From contig JAPEUD010000026.1 in assembly GCA_026026165.1 (NCBI GenBank), positions 62,001 to 126,000 on the forward strand: a DNA stretch of 64,000 nucleotides, written 5' to 3'. This DNA is from Sarea resinae (Eukaryota). The translations under genes and the position numbers were made by a program. Of this stretch, positions 24,950 through 38,575 are shown piece by piece (position 1 is the first letter of the stretch; every line of letters begins with the position of its first letter). The notes below the pieces were generated by a model. The model saw only the letters and a list, made by a program, of their open reading frames with translations, was not told the DNA's origin and made no database searches.

Positions 24950-27900
24950 AATCTATTTAGTAAAGTATGTTTTCTAGTTAATATATTTGTTTACTAAGAA
25001 ACGTTCTTTATAATCTAAGCTGTTAGAAGGTATCTTAATTATATAACTTAGCCCTATTATATCTTTAACGTGTATAATACACTCCTTATTAGTTATTAGA
25101 TAGCCTTTACTATAAGTAGCTATGTTATCTAACCTTTTAACAATAGATAGACAATATATTATATTCTAACTCTCTAGTTATTTAGCTTATACCTAAGTGA
25201 TTAAAGCTAGTAATATTAGAGCAAACTCTAGCATAGTAAGACTAAATAGAAATTAATATTAAGCTAATAGATAGGTGCTAACTAGCGCCTATCTATTAGC
25301 TATACTATGTCTCTCTAGATAGTATATATTGTCTTTTACCTAAACCTAATTGTTTCTCCTACTTACACTCTGCTATAATGTTGTATATTAGATAGTCAAC
25401 TCTAATATATCCTTATAGTTGTTATTTGCCTCTTAGAAACACATTGTAGAAGATGCTCTATCTATAAGCTAGCTACTTATATATAAGTTTAATGTCTGCT
25501 AGTTAATATTTAGCTAACTGTATTTGCTAAACAACGTTTTAACAAACATTAGCAAGGCGATTGTAAAGTCTAGTAGACCTAGTTTCATAATTTGTTCTAA
25601 TAATTGCAATAGATATCTATTAAAACCTTTAAAGATAGGCAATCTAGTATTTAATGTCTGTACTATATTAGGAGATAACAGCCTCTCTATAGCTATCTTA
25701 CACGCCTTAAAATAGAAACGTTAGTTATAGTATTTTAATATCTATAGAGTAGTATGTTAATAATTTAATACTTGCTAGCCTAACTTTATTGTTGTTTAGT
25801 AGAGAGCCTCTAAACAGTTAGTAGAGAAGCTATAAAGAGACCTAAATTATCTGATTATAGATATATAGTGACTAATAATATGTATCTTAGAGAAGTTAAA
25901 ATATGCATCTGCTTTTAGAGCCTCTTCTCTTATACAATCTCTTAGCTACTATATACTGTCTTCTCTTCTCTAACCCTTATTAGAATATGCACTATGTTTT
26001 TGCTTTTGCTTTCTATTAGCTGTTAGCTAAGAAGCTCTTTGTAAAGCTCTTTATAACGCTGCAGTATGTGCTGTTTAGGATGCTAAGCGCGCTATAGCTA
26101 CTGTTCCTTTATTAGTATAAAATCTCTAGAAAATAGCTTTGTGTTTATAGAAGACACCTAGTAGAAAGTCTATACACTTAAGGGTTTTATTGTTATAAGT
26201 ATACAGTTATATAAAGAAGATAAAGTTAATAAAGGACTGTATATATGTTATTGCTTGCTTAAAATCCTAGTGCTGTTATACAGATAGATTCGCTAATAAT
26301 ATAGCTGTAATAAGGACTAGGAATTTCACTACATTCTGCATTTCTTTCTTTTACTACTATAATATCTAGAGATAGGTCTTAGTTAGCAGACTAAAAATTA
26401 GATACACTAGTATTACAGTCTATAGAGAGTTAAAGGTATCTAATTATTTATATAGAAGTAGGAATGCTGCTAGCTAGTTTAGAAGGTGCTATAGCATACC
26501 TATATAAACTTAATACAGTAGATCTAGTTTTAGCAGATTGTAGACGTTAACACCTAGTAGAAACTAGAGGCTATTAAGTGTCTTTTTAACACCTTTCTAC
26601 TCTAGCATTTATATGTTACTCTCTTTTAGAAGTTGCTAGTAGTTTGCTAAGTCTCTTACTATCTAGTTATTATCTTCTAGACAACAACTAAAGTCAGCCT
26701 ATAGATATTTATATACTAGATAGTGGCCTTATATAATACTATATATTATAACAATCTCTTTATAGTTAGCTACCTACCTAGCAAGCTGTAGAAAACAATT
26801 CTAGGTATAACTATCTGTGTATAGTATCTGTATACTATCCTCTCCTAGCTTTTTAAGTGTCTAAAGAGCCTAATCTAGTCTATTATAGTATAGTTAATAA
26901 TAATAATTCTGCTCTTAAACGTTATTTGCTTTAATTCGCTTTAGATAAACTAGTAAGAGACCTAAGAGAATAGTCGCTTATAATAAAGGTTTAGCTTAAA
27001 GCGTGCTTAGTAAGTTACTAATTATAAGATATATTAGCTATATATGCTTGTCGCCTAAGAAATTAGTCAGATAAGTTTTATTAGATGCATAAATTACTAG
27101 GACTAGTGTTGAGTTTTTAGGCAGTGTATTCTAGTAGATAGTTAGCACTATATCTAATACTAGATAAGTGTAATTTGTATACCTAAGTCTGCTACTACTA
27201 ATTCCTAGTATATATATCTAAGTATAGTTAAGTATTCTATTCTCTATACAATTTTACAGGCAAATATACAAGCGCCTCTTTAAACTGTAGGTGTCTAAGT
27301 AGAAACAAAATACATCTTAAGAGATCTTTAAGATACATCTGTATCTTCTTATTATAATACTCTAAGAAAGATATTTCTTCCTATTCTCTACCTAGTGTTC
27401 TAAGTATAGTTAATATCCTATCTAATTTTTAACGCAGAGTATATACAGATTAGAAACTAGAGTAGTCTTATCCTATAATGTTGTTATTAAAGAACTTATT
27501 AATTGTAGTTAAAGTGATATTGTTCTATAGAAACTACTACACTAGTCTATAGTCTTTAGCAGTATTAAACAGCGCTTAAGATTAACTAAAGTATATGTTA
27601 TGTCTTTTATTTAATTGATTAGGCAATTTATATAGTTTGCCTGCTAATAGATAAGCTATTAACTAGATAGCTATAAGCTTTGCTAGCAATTGTATATATA
27701 GTGTAGTCTTATAAGCTACTCTATCTAATAACTAACTACTATTATAATCTAGTTAATCTTTAGCGTAGTTAATATTTGTCCTGCTATAGATATCTGCTAG
27801 AATGTCGCAGTTAGTGTAGCTATTAGTGTTGTTATTAATTGTAGAGCTAATATCTGCTGTTTTACCTTAGTGTCTGTTGCGTTTCTTAAACAACAGTAGA

Positions 27901-27974
27901 TTATAGCGTCTTATATATAAAGTCAACTGTAGAGAGTGCGTTGTATTATAACTACATATATAGCATTTTAACAT
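24950..27974 (-). pseudogene. Plavaka-family transposase (RIP-inactivated)
   Basis: N-terminal C2H2-like MLKCYIC...LTLYIRRY; FNTAKDYRLV**F; TLVLVIYASNKTYLTNFLGDKHI*LIYLIISNL at ~27020-27110 (de-RIP ASDKTHLTNFSGDKxAWPIYLTIGNL); YTDSYT*NCFLQLAR*VANYKE at ~26760-26830 (CxDGxxRxCFPxLAxWxADYxE); LKLDLLY*VYIGML*H at ~26490-26540 (KPDLLHQxYIGM). Confidence 0.88.
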
Positions 27975-28238
27975 TGTAATATCCTCTAGTAGTTGTTGCT
28001 ATACATGTAATAGTGTAGGTAATTGCTTTACACGTTATATTTATAGAGGTAAGTTTAAAAGTCTAAAGAGTGACTAAGTTATTAGTTAGGTGATATTAGT
28101 GTTAGTATATAAGCAACCTATACGTTTATACTAATGTAGGTAGATAAGGCAGTGATTTCTGTTTCTACATATATATTAATTAACACACACCTTTATATTA
28201 AGCTTATATTAGGATAGGACTTCCTAAGCACAATTATT

Positions 28239-30060
28239 ATGTCGCTCTTACCTAGAAAAAGCATAAACTCTAGCAGACCTATATAGTACTACTAATTCTA
28301 TAAGATTAGCACCTTACTAACTAGAGAGACTTAGTAGAGAAAAGCACCTTGTTAGCTAACTACTAGTAGCCTTTATTATCTACTCTCTAGTCCTTTAAAC
28401 TAACTGTCTAGGCAATCTAAACAATTGTCTTATTGTTAGTTGTTAGATGTATATTATACTCTTAATCTAATAAATAAAAGCAAGGTAGTATTACAACGTT
28501 ATATAAAACGCATTACAAGTTAGCATAAGATATATAACACTGTCTAAGTAAGAGCTAAACAAGTTAATAATTTAATTAGAGATATAATCTAGTAGGTAGA
28601 CTTCTCTTTAGCCCTAGCAGATTACTTTAGACAATAACTTTAAGAATAGGCAGATTGTTAGGAATACTTATACGTTGTTATCTAAGATTATTGTAAAAAG
28701 AAGCGAGATTAAGAGAAGAGAGAACGTAGTCCTCTTATAGCAGACAGTGATACAACTAATAATAATAATAGAGAAGGTAAAGATAATAGTAGTACACTAC
28801 TATCTACTAGCGCAGTAGAAATATTAACTTCTAGTATAAAGACTCTAACTAGTAAGTAATATCTAATACCTATTTAATATCTATATCCTTATATACTAGA
28901 TAGTTAAACGTTATATTATCTAGGATATATACTATAGAGAGAACGCCTTTAAATCCTAGATACATTCTCTTCTATCCTTTTTAATAGAATCTGTCTAATA
29001 AGTCGTTAGACGCTATATACCTAGCTATAAGATAGTTTAGATAGACTTAGACATTAACTACTAGACGTTTTAGATTAAATACAATAGTGAGCTAGAGTCT
29101 GCCTTTAAACTTTTTCTAGAAGAAACTATACGTTTAAAAATTATAAGTATAGCCTGTAACATAACACTATAACTATTTAATAACATATGTCTAGATAACT
29201 AGACTATCTTTACTTAAGAGATAATTGTCTACTAATTGTTATTATCTAGCATCTCTAAAGAGATATATGTCTGTATAAAACCTAATAAACAAACAGATTG
29301 CAGAAATTTACGATTTAGAAGAAGAGCAAGCAGATAGTATATCACTTAATTGTAGGATTAGACCTAAACTAATAACGTAGGACTCCTATCCTACTAAGTA
29401 CCTCTTATTACTAGCCCTAAATATGCAAGCAAAAGTAGTCTGCCTTAGAAGAGGCTATTATCTTGCTACCTAAGTAGTAGTAAGTAGATATACTATATAT
29501 GTCTATTAGATATTACTAAGAGATAACTGTTGTTATATATCAGACAAAATTCCTATCTGCTCTGCTAATAAGATTATATACACAGACAAATACAGTATAC
29601 TAGAAAGACTAAAGAGGTGCTCTTATTATTGTGTATTAGATAGTTTGATTAATTACAACAAGTATATCTAGCGTGATAATAAAAGCATCTCTATAACATG
29701 TAACTATAGTAAGACAGTAGGCGTTTAGCAGAAGCTTTCTCTAGTCCTTAGTAAAGAAACCTAATTGTCTACTGCACCTTCTTTAGAGGCAGTTATATAA
29801 CGTTCTATTATGTAAACTATATATTAGTGTCTGTTTTAGGTCTATTATATTATCTATATAACAAAAGTCGACTAATAGATAACACTATACACTAGTCTAA
29901 ATATCTAATTAGCTTTGCATAGTAGGTTAGCTACTCTAATTAGTGTTTAAGTGATTTAAAGACCTGCTTTAGCTAAAGATACAGATAAATTTACTAATAA
30001 ACTAGACTTAATTTGTATACAAATAAGATAATCTACTAATTGTATTAGTTATTAATCTGC
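28239..30060 (+). pseudogene. Plavaka cargo/accessory gene 2, unknown product, divergent from the transposase
   Basis: ATG at ~28239; long codon-like stretches whose stops are TAA/TAG; GT...AG intron-like segments (~28596-28649, ~28852-28900); no family recognised. Confidence 0.4.
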
Positions 30061-30649
30061 TCCTATATAGTACTATATACTCTAGTCTATTATTAAGGAC
30101 TACTATAGCACAATATTATAGTAAGGTACTCTTAAGTATATTTGTATATCTCTTAGTATGCTATTATACAGTAGCTATATAAATCTAAGTAGACTGTAAC
30201 TACCTACTACGTTATAGTCTAAGATATACCTAGGTAGGTACTATATCTACTACAGTACCTTACCTACTTAACTACCTACTATATAGTAGTACACTACTTA
30301 TCTATTGCATAATATAAGGTAGTGCCTCTAATGTGTGTTATATGTATATAGCAGCTATTAGCTAAAATACAGATTTTATATGTAGTGTTACTCTACTATT
30401 CTTACTCTACCTCTTTATTTAATATTAAAATGCTAGATATACTACAGTTAATACTCTATTATAAGACTCTATCTTAACATTATATTAGCAGACAGTTCAC
30501 TTAAGTAGTAGACTAACTATTAGACTTTTATCACTAAGTAGACACTATACAAGTAGTGCTGCTATTTATATTGCTTTAACCTTACTCCTACACTAATAGC
30601 TGTCTAAAACACAAGCAAACTATTATCTATATAATATATTGTATATTAG

Positions 30650-31195
30650 ATATAATATTAGTTAGAGGTGCAATGTTACGCACTAGATATACTAATAGTA
30701 TTAAGTGCTAATAGCTAGAAATAGTTGATAATAGCAACGTTTCTTTGTCTTCTTTCTTACACGTTATAATGTTATTATTCTTTGTTCTATTTAGTTAGAT
30801 CTCTATTCACTTTATATCTCTATTTACCTCTACTACTTTTATTCGCTGCTGCTACTCTTATTCACCTTGCACTGTGCTAACGTGTTATTTATCTAATATT
30901 AAAGCTATAAAACCCCTACTACCTAGTCTAGCCTGATTAAGAATTCCTACTAGATACAACCTTACTTTATTACTAATTTAGATAATTGTTCTATTAAGAT
31001 ATTAACTTTATCTCTAGCCTTATTAGCTCTCTACTTATATTCTCTTATGTTTTTATCTTTTAGCTTATTATATCTCTCTTAGTCTAGCAGCCTAATTATT
31101 CTTATTATACTAAACTTAAGTTTAGTGCTATACTTTTAGCCTTAATCACTTTCTACTTATTCTCTCTACTAGTTATCTCTCTACCTCTTAACATG
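30650..31195 (-). pseudogene. Plavaka cargo gene 3, coiled-coil-like small protein
   Basis: Minus strand is purine-rich and reads e.g. ERYNKLKDKNIREYK*RANKARDKVNILIEQLSKL, with an intron-like GTAAGG...TAG segment. Confidence 0.3.
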
Positions 31196-32464
31196 TTATA
31201 ACAATCTAGCTAAGTAAGCTACTCTCTTATTATACAACAGATATAACTAATAAGAGATATAATAGGATATAGTTTGTCGACTAGAATAAGAGATAGTTGT
31301 AAGACCTAATCCTTAAGTATAAGAACTTATAAAAGAGAAGCTATTAGAAGCGTACCTAAATCTAGGTGTTATATTAAACAAAGCTAAGACTAGATTATAA
31401 GAGGCTATCTAGTAAGTATTATCTAACTATAGCTGCACTAACCTTTAAGCAGCAGAAAATCATGCAGTTAACACTATAATAGAGGATGTAATACAGTCTA
31501 CTAACTTTCTAATGCTATCTGCAGACTAAATTAGAAGATAAGCTGCTAGATAGAGCTACAATTAAGAACACCTATTTATTATTGTGCAAGATATCTGTAA
31601 GAAGCTATAAGACAATATAAAGAAAGAACTGCAATCTAAAAGTAGAACCTTACTATTGCTCTTATCTAACACCTCTAGTACTTTAGCTACCCCTTGCTAG
31701 CTAGCTCTCTCTTAGTAGAAAGCTACTAAACAGACATTATAGCAGCTTATAGAGATATCTATAAGTAAGAGACATATAATTATATTAATTAAATAGCACT
31801 TACTAATAGCTAACAGACATTTAATATAACTCTAATACCCTTCTACCTAGTAGCCTTACTACTCTCTATACACTAATACCTTCTTATCTACTAACTATCT
31901 ATATAGCACCTCCTTCTATAAGACTACTAATAGGTAAGAGGTATATATGTTTATCTATTAACTAACATTTGCTAACAGTTAATAGACAACTAACTAGCTA
32001 AATAGTATATAACAATAGATAATAAGATAAGCACCTAACTTTTCCTACTGTTATCTCTAACTATAGATAGTATCTGTAATATTATTGCTAGGTTTATCCT
32101 ATAAGCAGCGATTATTAACAAGATTAAAACAAATATAGAGAGAGAGAAAATTAGATTAGAATACAATAAAGAGGTTGTACTAGTACTTAAGTTAGGCCTA
32201 TAACTAATTGTATTCTATATTGTAAGTGTCTCCTTATAAGAGTACATTGATTTCTAGTTGTTAACCTTATATAGGATGTAAAACGTAGAAACCTTAAGCA
32301 GGCTAGTAACAACTTAGTTTCTATACAGATAAGACCTAGACTAGGTATATACACTGTCTGCTATAAGGTATTATATCTAGTCCTAATATAGTTATTAACT
32401 GTCTAGTGCAACAGACTGTTTAATTATCTAACTAGAGACATATTATACAAACCTAAATGCAATA

Positions 32465-32895
32465 AAACTAAATACTACTTTACTCTCTACTACTAAGACT
32501 AGCTAACACCTACTAAAAGGTTAGTTGTTAGGCCTTGCAGCGAGTGTTAGCTAGTCTAGTAGCACACCTAAGTTGTTGTTACCTCTGCTATAGAAAACTT
32601 AATAACTGTCTAAGAGTTAGTTGCTAGGCTTATCTAAGAGTTAGTTACTAGACTTATCTAATAGTTAGTTACTAAGCTTATCTAATAGTTAGTTGCTAGG
32701 CTTATCTAAGAGTTAGTTGCTAGGCTTATCTACAAATAAATTGCTAGTTATAGATCTAAGACAGAGCTGTTTACTAATAACACTAAATACAACCTTACTC
32801 TCTACTACTAAGACTAGCTAACACCTACTAAAGAGTTAGTTGCTAGGCCTTATAGCAAGCGTTAGTTAGTCTAGTAGCACACCTAAGTTATTACT
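32465..32895 (+). repeat. Internal ~110-bp direct duplication enclosing about five 24-bp tandem units
   Basis: ACTAAATAC..TTACTCTCTACTACTAAGACTAGCTAACACCTACTAAA...AGCACACCTAAGTT at ~32468 and ~32782; GAGTTAGTTGCTAGGCTTATCTAA-type units at ~32614-32735. Confidence 0.85.
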
Positions 32896-33220
32896 ATATT
32901 AGCTAAAGGAAACACAACGTCTGTCACTAGTTCCTAAGCTAGGTCGCTATAACGTTAAGTGTAAGCTACTAGACTTAAACGCAGTACTATTTCTTATTAC
33001 TATAGAGCTAACTCTTTATAGACCTATCACTGCAAATTAAAGATAACATTTCTAATAAGCTTATATATAACCTAATAAGAGATAAGGCTAATAAAGAAGA
33101 CATTAATAGTAAGGATACTAATAAAGAGGACGTTAAGGATAAAGATAACAACAAAGATAACATTAATAACAATAATAGCAACAAAGATAACGTTAATAAC
33201 AAGGATTATCTACCTGTTAA

Positions 33221-33375
33221 AAACAATAATCTGCTGCCTAATAATCCTCTAAATAACAATCTGCTACCTAATAATCCTCTAAATAACAATCTGCTACCTA
33301 ATAATACTCTATATAATAATCTACTACCTAATAATACTCTATATAATAATCTGCTACCTAACAATTATCTATATA
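33221..33375 (+). repeat. 30-bp tandem repeat, about 5 units (acidic/proline-rich coding repeat before RIP)
   Basis: AATAACAATCTGCTACCTAATAATCCTCTA-type units; unit length is a multiple of 3, and de-RIP reading approximates DDDLPPDDPL. Confidence 0.85.
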
Positions 33376-33479
33376 GCACAGAACATTATCTGCCTAGTAA
33401 GTACTAGGATAATAAGTAACAACCTCTACTAACTTTTATCCTTACTTTATAGGCCTCTAAGACTTTAGTGCTTTTGCTA

Positions 33480-35760
33480 GCAGATAGTATAACGAATTAG
33501 AGAGAGTAGATAACCTAATTAAGAGAATAAACCTAGTGATAGCGAAACGCTAAACAGTTATTTAAAATAGTCTAGCAATTTAACATAACACACTCTAAAT
33601 ATAGAAGGATATAACAGCTATATTCTTTATTCCTAAACACACTGTATTAACAACCTAAATACCTATAAAGCTACTGTTTCTTTAAGCACCTATTTAACTA
33701 CTACTATATTAAGCTACAGCTATTATGTTTATATTACGCAATAAAAGCAACAGAATTAGAGAGGGGTTTTTAGCAGATAGGATAGGGTTTAGAAAGGTGC
33801 GTGTCTATTATAGTGTCTCTTTAATATGTACTTAAATTAATAGCTAACGCTTAATCTACTAGCAGACACTAATAACGTTAGCTTTTATTACTACTTTATA
33901 GACCTTATACTATAATCACTTAGATATAATAAAGAGTTAGCAAATCTATAACAAAAGATATCTAAGGGCTAGTAGTAGGTATTATCTGCATAAGACTTTA
34001 AATATTATATGATATTTTACTTACACTTGTGTTTATTAGACAATATAGATAACAATACTAAATGCAGCGTTAAGTGTCCTAGTAACAACCCTTATAAGAT
34101 ATAATGCCTGTGTTAACTAGGATCTATAACCTCTTAAATCACTATAGATAAGAGAGCAAATATAGTTATATGCCTAGCATATCTTACCTGTATATAGGTG
34201 ATAGAATACTAAAAGTTGTTCACTATATAATAGATTGCTAAGAACCTAATAGTTCTTAAGCACAGCTAATAGAAACATAAGTTTACAGACTTAATAGAAA
34301 CAGACTCTAGTAGCAAACATATAAGATTAAATGTTATCCTAGTGACATTGTTTAAGTGTTTGCAACTTTGCTGCAATTTATAGGCAGAAACTTAATTTTA
34401 GCAGATAGTAGTAGACAAGGCGCATATTATTAAATTAAAGAACACTAACCTAATCTAAGACCTAACTACCTTAAGACAAAGCTATAAGGAACACTAGCCT
34501 ATAATGTAGTTCCTCTCTAGCACTCTATTTGTTATGCCTAGAGACTTAAGAGAGAAGGTAAACATTCTTATATATACCTAATAGATAACTAATCTCTCTT
34601 GCGTTAGATAAAAATGCTTGCCTAAAAAGTTAGACTTTATTAAAAGTTAGTACAAAAATCTATTTAATTGTATAGCAAAACCTAACAGACTATGACTGCC
34701 TTCTACTAATAAAGACTTTAATTAATATGCCTAGAATTTTGTTAGCTTCCTTAGTGTGCTAATAATCTAATAGGATAAAAATGTAGTTAACCTAGATAGC
34801 TACCTGCTAATTAACCTCCTGCTATTCTACAGATATAAATTGTTAGTCTAGTTTAGTAATAACTGCTAGAAGACAGTATATAAACAACAGCAAGCTATTA
34901 TAGTAGTAAGAACAAACTAAATTCTAGAGTTAAATAAAGGATAATGTATTACTTTAATAATATATTTCTAATACGTATAGCGACTACAAATTATCTTTTT
35001 ATTCCTAGGCCTTGCCTACTCTAATCTAGCTAGGTTAGACTAGAGCTTATTAAGCGTTAGGTCTATAGCTACTAAGGATTAGGAATTATATCTGTTATAT
35101 AACAATCTAAAAATACTTAGCTAGTTATCCTCTAAATTAAAAGTACTAGATAATCTTATTAATAATATAGGAGTGAATTTAAGGATAGAGAGTGAAAAGA
35201 TAGTTATCTTTATTGTATTCCTAATTACAGCCTTTATTATTGCAATAGTAAGTAGCATTTGTCTACTAGATAACACACTTAAGCTAATAGTAGATATATA
35301 GTAGATAAAATATGTTAGATACAAGCTAGTTACTCTATTCTATAGCGGAATCTCTATAGCAAAGCGCTTAAGGTTAGTAGAACAATTCTAAGGCACTATA
35401 GATATATTCTCTAGCTTAGAACCTTTTTACTTAGTTAGGACAATAGGTATAATATCACTAGGCTTAACCTTAATTCGCGCAAATCTAGTAGTTGTCTTTA
35501 AATCTAATTATATAGACACTCTTAAGTAATAAGCACTTAATAGTGTTCACTATATTAGCTAGTGTAGCAAGGTAAGTTTATATTGATTTATTAACACTAA
35601 GTCTGCAATTAAGAATACACTTATAGCTACTTAGAGGTTAAGAGGTATCCTAAATAACATAGCCTTAAAGAAGAATAATCTGCTAGTTCTGCTACAAGTT
35701 AAAGTTAAGATTAGCAGTAAAGATAATATAGATACTAAAGATAACAACCTCTACTATTAA
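33480..35760 (+). pseudogene. SNF2/SWI2-family ATPase carried inside the Plavaka element (RIP-inactivated); N-terminus may extend to ~31460
   Basis: Motif I RGFLADRIGFRK (~33760-33800, GGFLADGMGFGK, then a GTGCGT intron); Ia ICLAYLTCI*VIE (~34170, ICPAHL..W..E); II *QIVVDKAHIIK (~34400-34435, WxIVVDEAH); III M*FLSSTLF (~34503, WFLSGTPF); IV KIVIFIVF (~35197); V ISLGLTLIRANLVVVFK (~35455); VI **ALNSVHYIS* (~35527, QAxxRVHRIGQ). Confidence 0.85.
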
Positions 35761-35899
35761 CTCTACAATATATAAAGGAGATAAAGACAAATAGGACATG
35801 TAATAAACACAGCTAATATAAGTTTTTATTTGATTATAGGCGACTTTATAATACTAAGAGCAGCAGATATATATATCTGCTACTCTTAAGACTATTATC

Positions 35900-38575
35900 G
35901 CCTACTCTTCTACTATACTCTGTTCTAGCAGCCTAGTAAAGATTGCAGCAATAGTTAGTTCTAAACTATAAGTGTCTTCTAGATAACTTTAACAAGGTAT
36001 AGAAGCTAACATCTGCTAATCTACTTTAAGTTAGTCTCTTTTATTCTGTTTAGTGTTGTTTTAATTAGTCTAAGCATGCACAAATCTAAATTAATTATAT
36101 AAGTTGTCTTAATAGCAATATAATTGTCTGTTAATTTGCAAAGATATAATTTAAGTGATAATACTTATCTCTACTTAGACTAACAATTCTCTCTCTCTTT
36201 AAATTCCTATTTAACGCTAATATCTCCTACGCACTAAACTCTTAGCTATCTAAATCTGCTCTATATAGAGAAGCTAGTAACTTTTACAATGCCTTCTAAA
36301 TAACTCTAGACTTATTCCTAGCAAGATATTTAGTCTGCTAAGGAATAAAAACTCAACTACTTTACTAATAGTAACGCTTGTTTCTGTCTCTACTTATCTA
36401 ATCTATGCTAAACAAAGCAGTTGCCTTCTGTAATACTTGCACTTAATAAAAGACTACTACTAAAGGACTAAACATAGTTTAGATCTAGTAATTGCTACTA
36501 CTACTCCTTTAGTCTAAGAGCAACTATAGCTAATGTTATTAGATAGCAATAAAGAGAATTATAAGCAAGCTACAATGTCTCTAATATAAAGCCTACCTAG
36601 TTAGTTATCTAATGTTAGCGCTATATCTGCTGCTAAAAACACAGAAGATAGTAATAATTTACTTAATCTAATAACACAAAATACACCTACTTAGAGAAGA
36701 GGATATTAGTTAGACAGCACTAAGGGTCTAGAAAGTCAACTTATACTAGCAACTCTTAATAGCTAGATAAGTATACTAATAGATAAAGAAGTATCTAGAC
36801 GCAATTGTCTGCCTAGAAAGAATCTAAATAAATAAGAGTGTCTTTATATAATAAGAAGATAAATAACAAGCCTTAAGCTAAATTATATTAAAGTGAACTT
36901 AGTTAATTATAGAGAGAGTACACTAATAGGCAGACAATATATATCTAATAACACCTAGGCTACCTTATACTTAGTAGAATAGCAACAAATAAGTAGTAAA
37001 GTAAATTAAACTATAAGAGAATCACCTATAAGATTCTAAGATCTTCTAATAGATAGACGTCCTATATATAGGTCTACTACTAGTTAGAAGGCAGCAAAAC
37101 AAACTAACTAAAGAGATATCCTTTAGAAGCCTAACCTTTTTAACAGACAACTACTAGAAGAGCTTTATATATAGGATCTATTAATAAACACTTTCTAGAA
37201 CAAATTGTTAATACTACCTCTACTATTATTAGCAAGTCTTACTCTTAGAGTACTTGTTTTTAATTTTACTTATAGATAATAGGTTCTAAGTAATAACAAA
37301 GGACTCTTATTCTCTAGTCTCTATTCTAAAGCAGTTAGTATTAACTTAGACTCTACCTCTACACATGTTTTTAATAAGATAGATACACTAAGAACACTAC
37401 ACTAATTGTCTAGCACTCTATAGATGTTTATAAATAATTAGAGTGTAGGTTTAAGTCAGCTTTCTACACTAGATATAAGAGCATATATAAAGGTTTAAGC
37501 GTATTTAAAAGAGTGCTATCTGCGTTATAGGTATTAGGATATTTATCTAATAGCTAAGGCAATAATAAAAATATATGTTATTACTTAAGACTCTTTCCTA
37601 AAAAGCAATAATATAGCTACTATCTATACTAACACATAGGACTAGGCTTATACAAAGGCAAAGGCAATTAAGATAGAGCATTAATTTCCTTATCCTATTA
37701 AGGACTCTAGATAATACAAAATAGAGCTGCCTATATATATTAAACCTATAGTAAGTAAGACTATTAAGTGATATTTCTACTATCTACCTACTAACTCTAA
37801 ATAATTAAATCTTATTAGCTATTAATTAGAATAAGCTAGTAATAAAGATATATTATATTATAGTGTTATTAACTAGTAGTAGACCTATATAATCTGCCTC
37901 TTACTAAACTAGAACAACTTAAGAGGAAAGTAAGTTAACTATTAGATTAAGATAGTTTTAACTATTAAGATATATCTATCTATATATAAATCTCTTTACT
38001 TGTTTTAGTTATCTAATAGTTTTTAGAGAAGGAAAGAGAGATTATTCTACCTAGTAATTACATGTGTTATACTTAAAGAGTTCTTTAATAAAGTCTAGAA
38101 ACTAGCAAATATTAGTTATATATTAGATGCTTTTAAATAGATCACCTATTAGCTAATATATATTGTATCTACTACACTTTATTACACTCTCTCTAAATAG
38201 AAAGAAAGAAGCTTTACTTCTTAAGATTTTACTAAGGATAGTGTAAGTAGTAAGTAACTAGCTAGATATAATAGCTAATAGATAATATAACAGCTAACAA
38301 ACACCTAGAGGTCTACTAGCACTAGGTAGCTACTTAGAATTTTCTAAGCAGTTAGCAGCAAGAGGCTATCCTTCTACTAATAAAGAAAGCTATTAATAAT
38401 AGCAATACTTTAAATCTTAGAAAAGTCTACATTCTAATAGAAGGGTTCTGTAATAATAGAGGAGAGAATCTAGAGGATCTAGGCCTATTACTTAAAGAAC
38501 AAGTTAAATTACAAACCTAATTAGCTAGAGCAGATACTAAGTAGTATATTAATAGTTTACATTATTATTAACTAA
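35900..38575 (+). pseudogene. Plavaka cargo gene 5 (one or more genes), unknown product
   Basis: About 2.7 kb of codon-like, RIP-riddled sequence (e.g. LLALGSYLEFSKQLAARGYP at ~38315-38372) with intron-like segments; family not recognised by eye. Confidence 0.35.

Noticed and set aside
33008..33202. Leu/Ser-rich ORF on the minus strand (likewise ORFs at 25524-25715 and 35121-35324)
   Set aside because: Antisense shadows of RIP-mutated coding sequence on the other strand.
32614..33375. CRISPR-like array
   Set aside because: Repeats are contiguous tandem units without unique spacers, in a eukaryotic context with no cas genes.
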